Source: Tepidisphaera sp. (GTDB lineage: Bacteria; Planctomycetota; Phycisphaerae; Phycisphaerales; UBA1924). From it: a stretch of 64,000 bases of DNA. The position numbers and the translations under genes are program-made. Shown here piece by piece: positions 38,573-50,558 of this stretch. Below the pieces are notes generated by a model, which saw only the letters and a list, made by a program, of their open reading frames with translations, was not told the DNA's origin and did no database searches. The stretch's first letter is position 1. The number at the start of each line of letters is the position of its first letter. The stretch spans positions 1,632,001-1,696,000 of the forward strand of contig CP051526.1 of the NCBI GenBank assembly GCA_050916045.1. Reading direction: 5' to 3'.

Positions 38573-39757
38573 ATGCACGTCGCTCGCTCGCTTCAACCCT
38601 TCGGCACGTCCATCTTCGCAGAGATGACGATGCTGGCCAATGCTCACAAAGCGGTCAACCTCGCGCAGGGGTTTCCCGACTTTGACGGCCCCGCCGTCGC
38701 GAAGGATGCCGCGATCGCGGCGATCAACGCCGGGCACAACCAGTACGCCCGCATGTTTGGGGCACCGCCCCTGAACAAAGCCATCGCTGATCTTTGGCAC
38801 CGCCGCACCGGCTCGCACGTCGACCCCGAGACTCACGTCACCGTCACCAGCGGGTGCACCGAAGCCATCCCCGCGTCGCTTATGGGTGTGCTCAACGCGG
38901 GCGACGAGGTGGTGATGTTCGAGCCTTTTTACGACAGCTACCGGGCCGTGGTTGCGATGGTGGGAGCGGTCCCGAAGGTCGTGACGCTTCGGGCGCCGGC
39001 CCGGGCCGGCGATCCGTTCTGGTTCGACGCGGACGAACTCAAGCGAGCCTTTACCGACAAGACTCGGGTGCTGCTCCTGAACACGCCGCACAACCCGACC
39101 GGCAAGGTCTTTACCCGCGAGGAACTCAACCTGCTCGCCGACCTCTGCCAGAAGCACAACGCGATCGCGGTCGTCGATGAGGTCTATGAACGCCTGACGT
39201 ACGACGACAAGCACCCGCACCTGTCCCTGGCCACGCTCCCGGGCATGGCGGACCGGACGATCACCCTTGGAAGCCTGGGGAAGAGCTACAACCTGACCGG
39301 GTGGAAAGTGGGCTGGGCTGTCGCGTGGCCCGAGTTGAGCAAAGCGGTGCGGGCCGCTCACCAGTTCCTGACCTTCGCCACGGCCACGCCGATGCAGTGG
39401 GGGGCCGCGGCGATCCTCGAGAACGGCGAGGCGACGATCGCTTCGACGCGGGCGATGTTCCGTGAGAACCGAGACAAGCTTTCGGCCGCGTTGGCCGAGA
39501 TCGGGTTCCGCGTCTTCCGAGCGGACGGCACCTACTTCCTGATGGTGGACCACACCCCGGTGTCGCGCGGGCTCCGGCTTGCGGATGATCGGGCGTTCTG
39601 CCGCTGGTTGACGGAAAAGGCGGGGGTCGCGGCGATCCCTCCCACGCCGTTCTATGTCAACGAAGAGCACGGTCGGCCGCTGGCGCGGTTCGCGTACTGC
39701 AAGAAGCCGGAGACGATCGACGAAGCGATCCGCCGGCTCCGCAGAATCGCGGACTGA
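38573..39757 (+). CDS. Class I/II PLP aminotransferase (YbdL/kynurenine aminotransferase-like)
   Basis: NLAQGFPDF, NTPHNPTGKVF, DEVYE, SLGKSYNLTGWKVGW. Confidence 0.92.
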   Translation: MHVARSLQPFGTSIFAEMTMLANAHKAVNLAQGFPDFDGPAVAKDAAIAAINAGHNQYARMFGAPPLNKAIADLWHRRTGSHVDPETHVTVTSGCTEAIPASLMGVLNAGDEVVMFEPFYDSYRAVVAMVGAVPKVVTLRAPARAGDPFWFDADELKRAFTDKTRVLLLNTPHNPTGKVFTREELNLLADLCQKHNAIAVVDEVYERLTYDDKHPHLSLATLPGMADRTITLGSLGKSYNLTGWKVGWAVAWPELSKAVRAAHQFLTFATATPMQWGAAAILENGEATIASTRAMFRENRDKLSAALAEIGFRVFRADGTYFLMVDHTPVSRGLRLADDRAFCRWLTEKAGVAAIPPTPFYVNEEHGRPLARFAYCKKPETIDEAIRRLRRIAD

Positions 39758-39811
39758 TCGGACCTTGGCCTGCAACATAGGCACACGGGTGAGGTATACC
39801 GTCCGCTGCCC

Positions 39812-41179
39812 ATGCCCCCCGTCACCGGTCAAGAGCCCGAGCCCGCGAAACACGATGCGTACGCCGCGCTGCGGGACACGAACTATCGCCGGTACGTGCT
39901 GGGCTTTATCTGCGCCGCGATCGGGCTTCAGGCCCTCGCAACCGCGGTGGGGTGGGAGGTGTACGAGCAGACGCGGAGCACGACGCTTCTGGGTCTGACC
40001 GGGCTGGCCCGCGTGCTCCCGGTGCTGCTTCTCGCGCTGCCGGCGGGGCACACGGCGGACGTCTTCGAGCGGCGGGTGATCATCGCGATCTCGCAGGTCG
40101 GGTTCGCGGTCAGCGCGGCGTTTCTGGCGATCGTGTCGTTCTCGGAAGGGTCGATCTGGCTGATCTATCTGCTGCTGCTCCTCTCGGGGTGCTGCCGCGC
40201 GTTCAACGGCCCGGCTCGCGGGTCGTTCCTGCCGACCATCGTGCCGCGCGAGGTGTTCGAGAACGCGGTGGCCTGGACGAGCACGGCGTTCCAGCTTTCC
40301 GCGATGGTGGGGCCGATCCTTGCCGGCGGGTTGATCTACCTCGTCGGCAAAGCGTGGCCCGCGTATCTCCTCTGCGCCGTCTGCAACCTCATCTTCGCGA
40401 TCACGGTTTTCGGCATCAAGCCGCTGGTCAAGCCCAGCTCGACCGGCAAGTACACGTTCGAATCGATGATCGCCGGGATGAGCCATCTCTGGCGTGAGAG
40501 GACGATCTTCGGCGCCATCACCCTCGACCTGCTGGCGGTGCTTTTCGGCGGAGCGACGGCCTTGCTGCCGGTTTTCGCCAAGGACATCCTGACCAATCGG
40601 CCGGTGGATGCGGCGGTGGAGCCGGGGTTGCTGCACGAGGTCATGAACAACGACGCAATCGTGCTTGGGGCGCTGCGGGCTTCGACGTACATCGGGGCGT
40701 TCCTGATGGGGATCTTTCTCGCGCACCGGGCGCCGTTCCGCCGGTCCGGGCGAACGCTTCTCTGGTCGGTGGCCGGGTTCGGCGTGGCGATGATCGTCTT
40801 CGGGGTGTCGAAGAACCTCTGGCTCAGCCTCGCGGCTCTCTTCCTCGCCGGCGCGCTCGACCAGGTGTCGGTGGTCGTGCGGCACGTGCTGATCCAGGTC
40901 CGCACGCCCGACCACCTCCGCGGCCGGGTCGGCGCGGTGAACTCGGTCTTCATCGAGTGCAGCAACGAGCTTGGAGCCCTCGAAAGCGGGCTTCTCGCGC
41001 GGGCGATCGGACCGGTGCTGACGGTGGTCGCTGGAGGTATCGGAACGATCTTCGTGGCCGGCGGCATCGGCGCCGCGTTCCCCGAGCTTCGACGCTTGGG
41101 CCCCCTCCGCGAAGCCGAGCTGCCAACTGTCGGTACCGTGCCCGACGAAGCGACCGCGTCCGCTCCGGCAAGAAGTTGA
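39812..41179 (+). CDS. MFS transporter (EntS/MFS_3-like)
   Basis: About 12 TM; AGHTADVFERR, LDLLAVLFGGATALLP, TPDHLRGRV, SNELGALESG. Confidence 0.9.
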   Translation: MPPVTGQEPEPAKHDAYAALRDTNYRRYVLGFICAAIGLQALATAVGWEVYEQTRSTTLLGLTGLARVLPVLLLALPAGHTADVFERRVIIAISQVGFAVSAAFLAIVSFSEGSIWLIYLLLLLSGCCRAFNGPARGSFLPTIVPREVFENAVAWTSTAFQLSAMVGPILAGGLIYLVGKAWPAYLLCAVCNLIFAITVFGIKPLVKPSSTGKYTFESMIAGMSHLWRERTIFGAITLDLLAVLFGGATALLPVFAKDILTNRPVDAAVEPGLLHEVMNNDAIVLGALRASTYIGAFLMGIFLAHRAPFRRSGRTLLWSVAGFGVAMIVFGVSKNLWLSLAALFLAGALDQVSVVVRHVLIQVRTPDHLRGRVGAVNSVFIECSNELGALESGLLARAIGPVLTVVAGGIGTIFVAGGIGAAFPELRRLGPLREAELPTVGTVPDEATASAPARS

Positions 41180-41182
41180 GCG

Positions 41183-42373
41183 TCAGGCCAACGCCAGCGA
41201 ACGCAGGAACGACGCCAGCTCCGCACGCGTCGGGCTCTTGGCTTCCCGGACGTAAAACCCGCTTGTCGCTGTTCCCGCCGCGAGACACTGAGCAATCGGA
41301 AGCCCCGCTGCGGCCGCCGTCGCGTACCCGGCGTTGAAGTGATCCCCCGCGCCGGTGGAGAGCTTGGGTGACTCGCAGAACGGCCCGTCGAACCAGCACG
41401 ACTCGCTTTCGGTCGCGGCCGCGGCGCCCTCGCGCGGGTGAATGACGACCGACGTCAGGCCGAGCGCCGCACGAATGTCGACCGCAGCCCGCCGCACCGC
41501 TTCCGGCGGTCGCGATACGGTGTTCTTGAACGCCCCGTCCGCGCCGAGCGCGGCCGCGACGATCTCGGATTCCATGAGGTTGAGCCCGAGCGTGACCCGG
41601 CAGCCCGGCACTCGGTCCATCGCGACCAGCGATGACATGCACGCTCTGAGCTCATCCCGCGAGCGGGGCGTGGGGTCGGCGAGATCGACGAAAAGCGTCC
41701 GCGGCTTGGTTGGAGCGGGAAGCGAGGGCAAAAGCTCCTGTCCGAAGAAGGTGAGCAAGTCGGCAACACCGCCCATCAGCGACCAATTCACAAGCCCGAT
41801 CAGATCCGCATCGCCCACCGCGCGACGGAGGCCCTCGGCCCCGAAGGCTTCGATCAGCGATCCGCGGGTGACCTTCTGGACGTTCGTCCGATCGTTGAGC
41901 ATGAGCTTGCCGTCGGCGAACTCGTAGCACGCGGTGGTCGAAGGCTCGGCGAGCGTCACCACCCGCGAGCATCGCTCGGCGAAGGGGACGAAGACCGGGT
42001 GGAGCGAGCTGTTGACCCCGCCTGTTCCGACGGCTCCGGCGTACGTGACCGAGAAACCGAGGGACCCAAGGGCCCCGGCCATGAGCGGACCGTTCCCGCC
42101 GAACCGGGCTTCGTGCAGGACCGTCTCGATGTTGGTGCTCTTGCCGGCGGCGGCTTTGATGCGGTCGGCGAACTCCGACATCGTGCGCACGGGCGTGTAG
42201 TCATCGGCGGCCATCGAGGCGCGGGAGGCCACCGGCCGCAGGATCAGGTCGATGAATCCGTCAAAGCCGACGAACGCACGGGTCGGGGGGAGGGCGGCAA
42301 GGGCGTTCGCGGCGGCGGTAAGCGTGGAAGCGCGGTCGGTGGTCAACGGCGGGTCTCCTGACGGTCGCAACAT
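41183..42373 (-). CDS. PfkB-family carbohydrate kinase
   Basis: VGFDGFID, GGNGPLMA, C-terminal STGAGDHFNAG. Confidence 0.85.
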   Translation of the reverse strand: MLRPSGDPPLTTDRASTLTAAANALAALPPTRAFVGFDGFIDLILRPVASRASMAADDYTPVRTMSEFADRIKAAAGKSTNIETVLHEARFGGNGPLMAGALGSLGFSVTYAGAVGTGGVNSSLHPVFVPFAERCSRVVTLAEPSTTACYEFADGKLMLNDRTNVQKVTRGSLIEAFGAEGLRRAVGDADLIGLVNWSLMGGVADLLTFFGQELLPSLPAPTKPRTLFVDLADPTPRSRDELRACMSSLVAMDRVPGCRVTLGLNLMESEIVAAALGADGAFKNTVSRPPEAVRRAAVDIRAALGLTSVVIHPREGAAAATESESCWFDGPFCESPKLSTGAGDHFNAGYATAAAAGLPIAQCLAAGTATSGFYVREAKSPTRAELASFLRSLALA

Positions 42374-42413
42374 CCTACCCCGCTTGGGCGCGGTTCATGC
42401 GCAACAATCGGGC

Positions 42414-43076
42414 ATGCTTGAGATCGTCATCGCCACCTCCAACCCGCACAAGATCGAGGAAATGAACGCGATTTTCGCCGAGATCGCCCCGGGGCTTGCA
42501 CGGTTTCGGAGCCTCTCCGACGCATGCCCGGGGCTCACGCTGGTCGAGCCGGCGGAGACGGGCACGACGTTCGAAGCCAACGCGACGATCAAGGCTCTGT
42601 CGTACGCGGAGCAGACCGAATTGCTCTGTCTTGCGGACGATTCGGGGCTTGAGATCGACGCTTTGGGGGGCAAGCCCGGGGTGATCAGCAGCCACTATTC
42701 GACCGACGGGCGCGAGACGGGCCTGTCGCGTGCCGAACGCGACCAGGCGAACAACACGCGGGTGCTGCGCGAGCTTGAAACCGTTCCAGACGAGCGCCGC
42801 GGGGCGCGATTTGTCTGTTTGATGGTTCTGGCCGGGGCTCAAGGTGGCAAGAAACCCTCCATCTTGACATCGGCACGAGGGACGTTCGAGGGTCGCATGG
42901 CTCGCAAGGCGAGCGGCGGGGGCGGGTTCGGCTATGACCCGCTTTTCCTTGTCGGACCGGACTTCACGCGATCTTCGGCGGAATTGAGCGCGGCGGAGAA
43001 GAACAAGCTGAGTCATCGCGGAGCCGCCGCCCGATCGCTCATCAAAGCGATCGGCGGGATGGCCCATCTCGGCTAA
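42414..43076 (+). CDS. rdgB: Non-canonical purine NTP pyrophosphatase (RdgB/HAM1)
   Basis: ATSNPHKIEE, ETGTTFEANA, ADDSGLEIDAL, GFGYDPLF, KNKLSHRG. Confidence 0.93.
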   Translation: MLEIVIATSNPHKIEEMNAIFAEIAPGLARFRSLSDACPGLTLVEPAETGTTFEANATIKALSYAEQTELLCLADDSGLEIDALGGKPGVISSHYSTDGRETGLSRAERDQANNTRVLRELETVPDERRGARFVCLMVLAGAQGGKKPSILTSARGTFEGRMARKASGGGGFGYDPLFLVGPDFTRSSAELSAAEKNKLSHRGAAARSLIKAIGGMAHLG

Positions 43077-43107
43077 GATCCCGTATTCCCTTCTTGGAGG
43101 TGCGGAT

Positions 43108-44430
43108 ATGCGTCTGTCTCGGATCGTGCTGGTTGTCGCGGCGTTTCTTTCGATGTCCTTCTGGCTGGCAAGCTCCGCCGTCGCGGACATCGTGTACCTG
43201 TCGGACGGAACATGGATCCGCGGCACGATCCTGAAGGAAACCAAGGACGATCTCGAGATCGACGGCAAGACCAACACCGGGATCACGATCAAAGCCACCA
43301 TCCAAAAGTCGCGGGTCTCTTCCATTCTCCGCACCGACACTCCTGCGGAAGCGCCCGCCAAGGACGGCACGCCCGCGACCGGCGAGCCCAAGACCGACAA
43401 GCCCGCTTCGAAGGATGGCGACAAGACCGACGAGAAAGCCGCCGCCAAAGCCGGTGACTTCCTCGTGATTCCGCTCACGGGCACCTTCGGCGAAGACATC
43501 GTCCCGATGGGCGTCAAGCCCTCGCTCGAATGGGCCGTCAAGAACAAGGTCAAGCACATCGTCTTCACGATCGATTCCGACGGCGGGCAGGTCTGGGCCG
43601 CCGAAGCCATCCGCGACATGATGGTCAAGCACGAGAACGACCTCACCTACCACATGGTGATCAAGAAAGCGATGAGCGCATCGATCTGGGTGGTCTTCAC
43701 CAGCCATCGAATCGCGGCTCTGCCGGCTTCCACGCTCGGCGCGGCCGTCGCGTTCTCCCGCAACACCACAGGGGAAGCCGAGGTTGACGAGAAGCTCAAT
43801 TCCGCGCTGGCGGCGCGGCTCGCGTCCGCGGCCGAAGCCCGCGGACACTCCGGCCACCTCGTGCGGGCCATGATCCTGACCAAGTACGACCTCTTTGCCG
43901 CCAAGAGCGAGGACGGCAAGTGGCGCATCGTTCACGACCGGCCGAACAACGGGCAGGTCGAGACGCTGAGCGACGGCACCCGGGTCGTCACGCTGACCGC
44001 CGATGAGATGGATCGGTACGGCGTGGCGTCCAAGCTCGCGTCGGGAGCGGACAAGGACGTCGCCAAGTGGCTCGGCGACGACAAGCTTGTTTCCAGCGGT
44101 AATCGCGGCGAGATCGCGATGAAGAAAGCCGTCAGCGAGACCAAATCCGTCGCCAAGCAGATTGAGAACTGGGCGAATCAGGTCGTCGAAGCCGACGCCG
44201 CGATGCAGCAAGCCGTCAAGGCAGACGATGTCGACGCCGCGATCCGGGCCGTCGAGGACTACCTGCGGCAGGTCCGCAAGGTCGGCGCCCTGCGGAACAA
44301 AGCAGAGTCTTTGAACATGGCCGCGTACCCGGCTTTCAAGCGCATCGATGTCGAGAAGGACGTCAAGAACGCCGAGGATGCGCTCTCCCAACTCCGCAAT
44401 CTCAAGCGTCAGCGTCAGGGCGGACGGTAA
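43108..44430 (+). CDS. Secreted protein with NfeD/ClpP-crotonase-like domain and C-terminal coiled region
   Basis: Signal peptide, DIVYLSDG..IRG N-domain, IDSDGG...AMSAS...STLGAA pattern of S49/NfeD peptidases. Confidence 0.6.
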   Translation: MRLSRIVLVVAAFLSMSFWLASSAVADIVYLSDGTWIRGTILKETKDDLEIDGKTNTGITIKATIQKSRVSSILRTDTPAEAPAKDGTPATGEPKTDKPASKDGDKTDEKAAAKAGDFLVIPLTGTFGEDIVPMGVKPSLEWAVKNKVKHIVFTIDSDGGQVWAAEAIRDMMVKHENDLTYHMVIKKAMSASIWVVFTSHRIAALPASTLGAAVAFSRNTTGEAEVDEKLNSALAARLASAAEARGHSGHLVRAMILTKYDLFAAKSEDGKWRIVHDRPNNGQVETLSDGTRVVTLTADEMDRYGVASKLASGADKDVAKWLGDDKLVSSGNRGEIAMKKAVSETKSVAKQIENWANQVVEADAAMQQAVKADDVDAAIRAVEDYLRQVRKVGALRNKAESLNMAAYPAFKRIDVEKDVKNAEDALSQLRNLKRQRQGGR

Positions 44431-44441
44431 CGCGCGGCCGT

Positions 44442-45212
44442 TTACGCGTGGATCCGGATGATCCCGTCGGCGGCGTTCAGCTCCGGCAGAATGGGCATCG
44501 AGTCCATCGCGCAGCACACCGAAAGGTCATCCGCCAACCCCAGGCTGGCGAGACCGCGACCTCCGCGTGATTCCCGCATCGCGTCCGCAAGCTTGCCCGA
44601 ATGCACGCCGCTCCACGCGAGCAGAGCGACGCGCCCCGAGTCGTTGGTGACGTGGGCCCTGCCTGCACGCGTCAGTTGCTCGACCATCGCGCCCGCCGGC
44701 AGGATGTCATCGAGCCCCACATCCTCGCGCGTGCCGCAGCAGAGCAGGTGCACCGGTCGCGGGTCGTGCGCGACCGCTTGGCAGACGGCGGATAGGTTGA
44801 CGAACGAACCGATGAGCACGCGCGCGGCAAGCCTGCTCTTGATGATGGCGGCGGTGCCGTTGGCGGTGGTGAAGATGACGGGGCGTCCGGCGACCGCGGC
44901 CCGCGTGTAGGCCCGGGGCGAGTTGTCGAGGTCGAACCCGGGGATGAGCACGCCGCCGCGCTCGCCACCCAGAAGGCAGCCCGGGTGCGAGGAGCGGGCT
45001 TCCAGCGCCGCTTCGACGGTGAGCGTGGGGACGACGCACGTCGCGCCGCTAAAGAGCGCCGCGGTCATGGTCACGCTGGCTCGCAGGTTGTCGATGACGA
45101 CCACGACCCCGCCCGCGAGGGTCTCGGCGGAAACAAAGTCCGCGTGGAGGTGCACGTGGAGCGGGCGGTCGATCTTGACGGCGGCGAGGGGTTTGAGATC
45201 GGGTGCGGGCAT
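44442..45212 (-). CDS. comB: 2-phosphosulfolactate phosphatase family protein
   Basis: VVIDNLRAS, GGERGG..IPGFDLDNSP, FTTANGT, LDDILPAG. Confidence 0.88.
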   Translation of the reverse strand: MPAPDLKPLAAVKIDRPLHVHLHADFVSAETLAGGVVVVIDNLRASVTMTAALFSGATCVVPTLTVEAALEARSSHPGCLLGGERGGVLIPGFDLDNSPRAYTRAAVAGRPVIFTTANGTAAIIKSRLAARVLIGSFVNLSAVCQAVAHDPRPVHLLCCGTREDVGLDDILPAGAMVEQLTRAGRAHVTNDSGRVALLAWSGVHSGKLADAMRESRGGRGLASLGLADDLSVCCAMDSMPILPELNAADGIIRIHA

Positions 45213-45239
45213 GGGACGCGATCGTAATCCGCCCGAACG

Positions 45240-47522
45240 TCACTGCGGCGGCGCGGGCGTCAATGTCGTCTGCTTCACCGCTTGGGCCCGCACGGCCGGC
45301 AGCGTCATCGGAACCTTGTAAAGCTTGCCCTCACGCCACGCGTCCGCTTGATCGAGGAAGTTCTCGCTGCCAAGCCATCCGTCCTGGCCCGCGAGGATGA
45401 CGACGTAGTTGCCGTCCGGGTCGGCGAGGTCCACGATGTGCCGCGCGTTGGCACCGTAGGTCACGCGGTGCGGCTCGTTCGTGATCGATGCGGCGGACTT
45501 GAGTACGGTGGTGGAGGAGCCGGGCACGGCGAACTCGTTGAACCGGTAGGGCCCGCCGATCACCGGGGCGGCGCCGATCCAGTGCGACAGACGGAGCTTG
45601 TGCAGGTCGCCCCAGACCTTCGGGCCCGCGTCCTTGTTCATGTCGCTCGCGGCGAGCTCGAGGGCTTTGGGCAGAGCGGCGTCGAACGATCCCGAGCGTG
45701 CGTCCTCGGTGAGGAACGAGATCGCCGCCGACGACCCCCGAAGCGCCTCGACGATCTTGGGACTGAAGCGGTCCTTGTACGCTTGCGTCGTGAGGTGGAA
45801 AGCGACAAGCTGGAGGACCAACGCGCCGCGAGAGTCCGTCGCGTACCGGCCGTCCCACGCCCGAAGGTCCGCCAGAAGCGGATGATTCACCGCGACCGAA
45901 TCGCTCCGCGTGATGAGAGCCTGCGCCAGGGCGAGCGAAGCCGCGGAGAACGTGTCCAACTGGAATCGAGCGGCGTCGTCCACCGTCAGCGGGCTGGTCG
46001 AATCCGTGATCAGCGAAGCCAGGCGGTCGTACCGATCGTTCGCGTTGCCCGCGAGCACCATCGCCGGGTCCGACCGCACCGGCGTGTTGTTTGTCGAGAC
46101 CAGAAAGCCTGAGTTCGGATTGTGCGAGGCGGGAAGGCGGTCGCTCGGCACGGCCGGGCCCCACCGATGGTCCGGGTTGTCCGGGTCGGCGAGCGGAAGC
46201 TTGGCCGTCAGCCCGGCTGCGGGCTGGAACTCGTACGCGAGCACATGGCCGATGTCGCCGCCGCGTCCCGCGAAGAGCATGTTCTGGCCCGAGACGGCGT
46301 AAGGCGCGAACGCATCGCGGAACTCCTGCCAGTTGGTCGCGCGGCCCGCGTCGAAGAACGCTTCGAGCTCACGGCTTGCCTCATGCCCGCGCCACCGCAG
46401 CGCGATCGGACGCTTGACCTTGCCCTCGAGCGGGCCGACTTCGGAGATGATCGGGCCAAGCGGCGTTTCCCGGATCGTGCGCGTGGCGGGGAACCAAAGC
46501 CGGCGGCCGATCGTCACCTCGCGCTCGCGGATCTGTTCCTTCGGAACCTTCGAAGCGTCGAAGATCGCCGAAGAGATCCCCTGCATGTTCGTCCCGCCCC
46601 ACGCGATGTCACGGTTGCGTCCCAGCAGCACGAAAGGCAGGCCCGGAATCGTGAACCCCGCCGAGTGAAGGCCCGGGCTCTGATATCCGACGTAGCACCA
46701 CAGCGCCGGAAGGTTGAAGCCCACGTGCGGGTCGTTCGCGAGGATCGGGAACCCCGAAGCCGTCCGCGAGCCCGAAATCGCGAAACTGTTACTCCCTGTC
46801 TTGCCAAGACCCGCGAGCAGCCGCACCGGACCCTCGCCGCCGAAGCTGGGCGTCGCTTCGCCCGCGATGCCGAGCATCCGCCGCCAATACTCATCAAAAC
46901 CCTTTTCTTCGTGGAGCATCATCCACGAAAAGAACGCGCCCCACGTGATGTCGATCGAAGCCAAGCGGCTGAGCGTGATGACATCGCGGACCGTCCACGG
47001 CTCGGGATCGATCGCGAGGACCCGCATCTCCACCGGAAGCTCGCGGACCTGCGAAACGTGATGGTTCAAGCCCTCCACGTACCGCTGCACCCAAGCGAGG
47101 ACATCCGGACGCATCGAGCGTTCGATCTCCGCCGCGGCTTTGGGGAAGTCGATGGCACGCAGGGCGTGGTCGATGTCGACGGCTTGCGGGAATGGACCGG
47201 CGGACTCGGCCAAGCGACCCTGGGAGATGCGGCGGAGCATCGACATCTGCCCCAGCCGCAGGTGAGCGTGCACCACGCCCAGGGCAAAGGGGACATCGCG
47301 GTCGTCGGCGGCTTCGATGAACGGGAACTGCCGAGCGTCCCAGTGAATCGTGACGGGGGCGTGGACCGATGCGGTGCCTGCGGGAAAGGCATCGAGGCGC
47401 GAAGGTGTGGCCACCGAGTTGGCCGGGGGCGGGGGCGAGAAACACCCGCCGATGCCGACAGAGATCGAGGCCCCGACGAGCGCGAGGAGGGGCGAAACGG
47501 TGGTGGAGGAAATCAAACGCAT
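45240..47522 (-). CDS. Penicillin acylase family Ntn-hydrolase (lipoprotein)
   Basis: HAHLRLGQM, autocleavage motif GSNSFAISG, LANDPH, GRNRDIAWG, SANN-like STNN. Confidence 0.9.
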   Translation of the reverse strand: MRLISSTTVSPLLALVGASISVGIGGCFSPPPPANSVATPSRLDAFPAGTASVHAPVTIHWDARQFPFIEAADDRDVPFALGVVHAHLRLGQMSMLRRISQGRLAESAGPFPQAVDIDHALRAIDFPKAAAEIERSMRPDVLAWVQRYVEGLNHHVSQVRELPVEMRVLAIDPEPWTVRDVITLSRLASIDITWGAFFSWMMLHEEKGFDEYWRRMLGIAGEATPSFGGEGPVRLLAGLGKTGSNSFAISGSRTASGFPILANDPHVGFNLPALWCYVGYQSPGLHSAGFTIPGLPFVLLGRNRDIAWGGTNMQGISSAIFDASKVPKEQIREREVTIGRRLWFPATRTIRETPLGPIISEVGPLEGKVKRPIALRWRGHEASRELEAFFDAGRATNWQEFRDAFAPYAVSGQNMLFAGRGGDIGHVLAYEFQPAAGLTAKLPLADPDNPDHRWGPAVPSDRLPASHNPNSGFLVSTNNTPVRSDPAMVLAGNANDRYDRLASLITDSTSPLTVDDAARFQLDTFSAASLALAQALITRSDSVAVNHPLLADLRAWDGRYATDSRGALVLQLVAFHLTTQAYKDRFSPKIVEALRGSSAAISFLTEDARSGSFDAALPKALELAASDMNKDAGPKVWGDLHKLRLSHWIGAAPVIGGPYRFNEFAVPGSSTTVLKSAASITNEPHRVTYGANARHIVDLADPDGNYVVILAGQDGWLGSENFLDQADAWREGKLYKVPMTLPAVRAQAVKQTTLTPAPPQ

Positions 47523-47663
47523 GGGTCGGAGCTGGCAATCCTACGGCGTGCGGGCATCGGGGCGGGCGGTGCCGCCGCTCATGGTCGTTTCGTTTGGCGG
47601 GCGGCGTGGATTCAAAGTGGTCGAAGAAGATCCGGACCGGCGGAGGCGCTGGGCGCAAGAAAG

Positions 47664-47689
47664 AGCCCACGGGTTGGAACCCGTGGGCT
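47664..47689. terminator. Palindrome (REP-like or terminator) downstream of dnaK
   Basis: AGCCCACGGGTT-GG-AACCCGTGGGCT, followed by CTTTCTT on the minus strand. Confidence 0.7.
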
Positions 47690-47716
47690 TCTTGGACTTC
47701 GTCGGTTCGAGAGGGT

Positions 47717-49723
<2,007 letters not shown>

Positions 49724-50201
49724 TCAGGACCGCCAGACACCCCCGCTCGAGGCTTAGGAAGGCTCCCGGCAGGCCCCCAGCGGGCTCCCCACGAACGGGA
49801 TCGCGGCCCGGGGGCGGAAGAGCGGGCGGGCGGCTGCCAAGGTGGCAGGGGGGGGTGAGGGTGGGGGAGAGTCCGGCCGGACCCGGGGCCGAGAAAAGGC
49901 GTAATGGTCGAACTCCGGTCGCCGCGATTCGAATTCGCCCCCGTCACGCCGGACGAATCGCAGGGTACCCGGTGGGCGGCAGTCCGGTCTGGAGTCCATA
50001 AACGTTCAGCCTATAGGGCAGGTCGTGGCAGCCCCGCCTTGCGATACACTCGGCCGAATGCCGCTGAAGGAGGCTTGCCCAACCCGATGGGAGGAGCGCA
50101 GTCTTGCCACCTGCCTCACTTCGTTCCCGACGCGAGTTGGCACGCACATTGGTCTGACTCATCCCTAAAGGAGTAATGCCACCCGCCGGGTAGAATCGGG
50201 C

Positions 50202-50317
50202 ATGGACAGGGCAATCGATCTTGTCGTGGCTTCGGGGGCGACTGGCTGATCGCTAAGCCGCACTTCGCCAGAGAGACGACCAAACCCTCTTGCGTCAGCC
50301 AACGCTTGAGGTTTTTT
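50202..50317 (+). promoter_or_regulatory. Attenuator-like unit: leaderless 15-aa peptide MDRAIDLVVASGATG (50202-50249) plus terminator hairpin with U6 (50286-50317)
   Basis: TAGAAT 5 nt before the ATG; CCTC-TT-GCGT/ACGC-TT-GAGG stem followed by TTTTTT. Confidence 0.4.
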
Positions 50318-50537
50318 CATTTGGGCGGAACTCAGGCGGAAGCTGAGGCTCAGGCGCAGGACCTTTAGACAGTTCTGGATGTCTTGAACCGGCATGGTCG
50401 CAGTAGTCGCACTTGACCAATACCAATCCGTTTCTTCGCTCAAGGATGGTGTGGGAGGTAAACTTTTGGCATTTGCCCATGCAGGGAAAAAACTCCCGCT
50501 CGGGCCGAATCCAGGTGTTCGCTTTCTTCCTTGGCAT
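50295..50537 (-). CDS. Small zinc-ribbon-like protein
   Basis: CMGKC-x4-HTIL...VKCDYCDH pattern. Confidence 0.45.
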   Translation of the reverse strand: MPRKKANTWIRPEREFFPCMGKCQKFTSHTILERRNGLVLVKCDYCDHAGSRHPELSKGPAPEPQLPPEFRPNEKTSSVG

Positions 50538-50558
50538 GGGAGAAGGATACACTGCCGA

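Noticed and set aside
44442..45212. Coenzyme M biosynthesis
   Set aside because: ComB-family phosphatases are widespread in bacteria and no comA/C/D/E genes are nearby
50138..50153. Third sigma54-like site TGGCACGCACATTGGT
   Set aside because: The -12 element is GG, not the conserved GC, and no clear target gene follows
49900..50400. Possible tmRNA, RNase P or SRP RNA, or a known riboswitch (glycine, SAM, ZTP, yybP, guanidine-III-like CCGGACGA...GTACCCGG at about 49949)
   Set aside because: Only short fragments resemble each consensus; no full architecture could be built by eye. An Infernal search is needed
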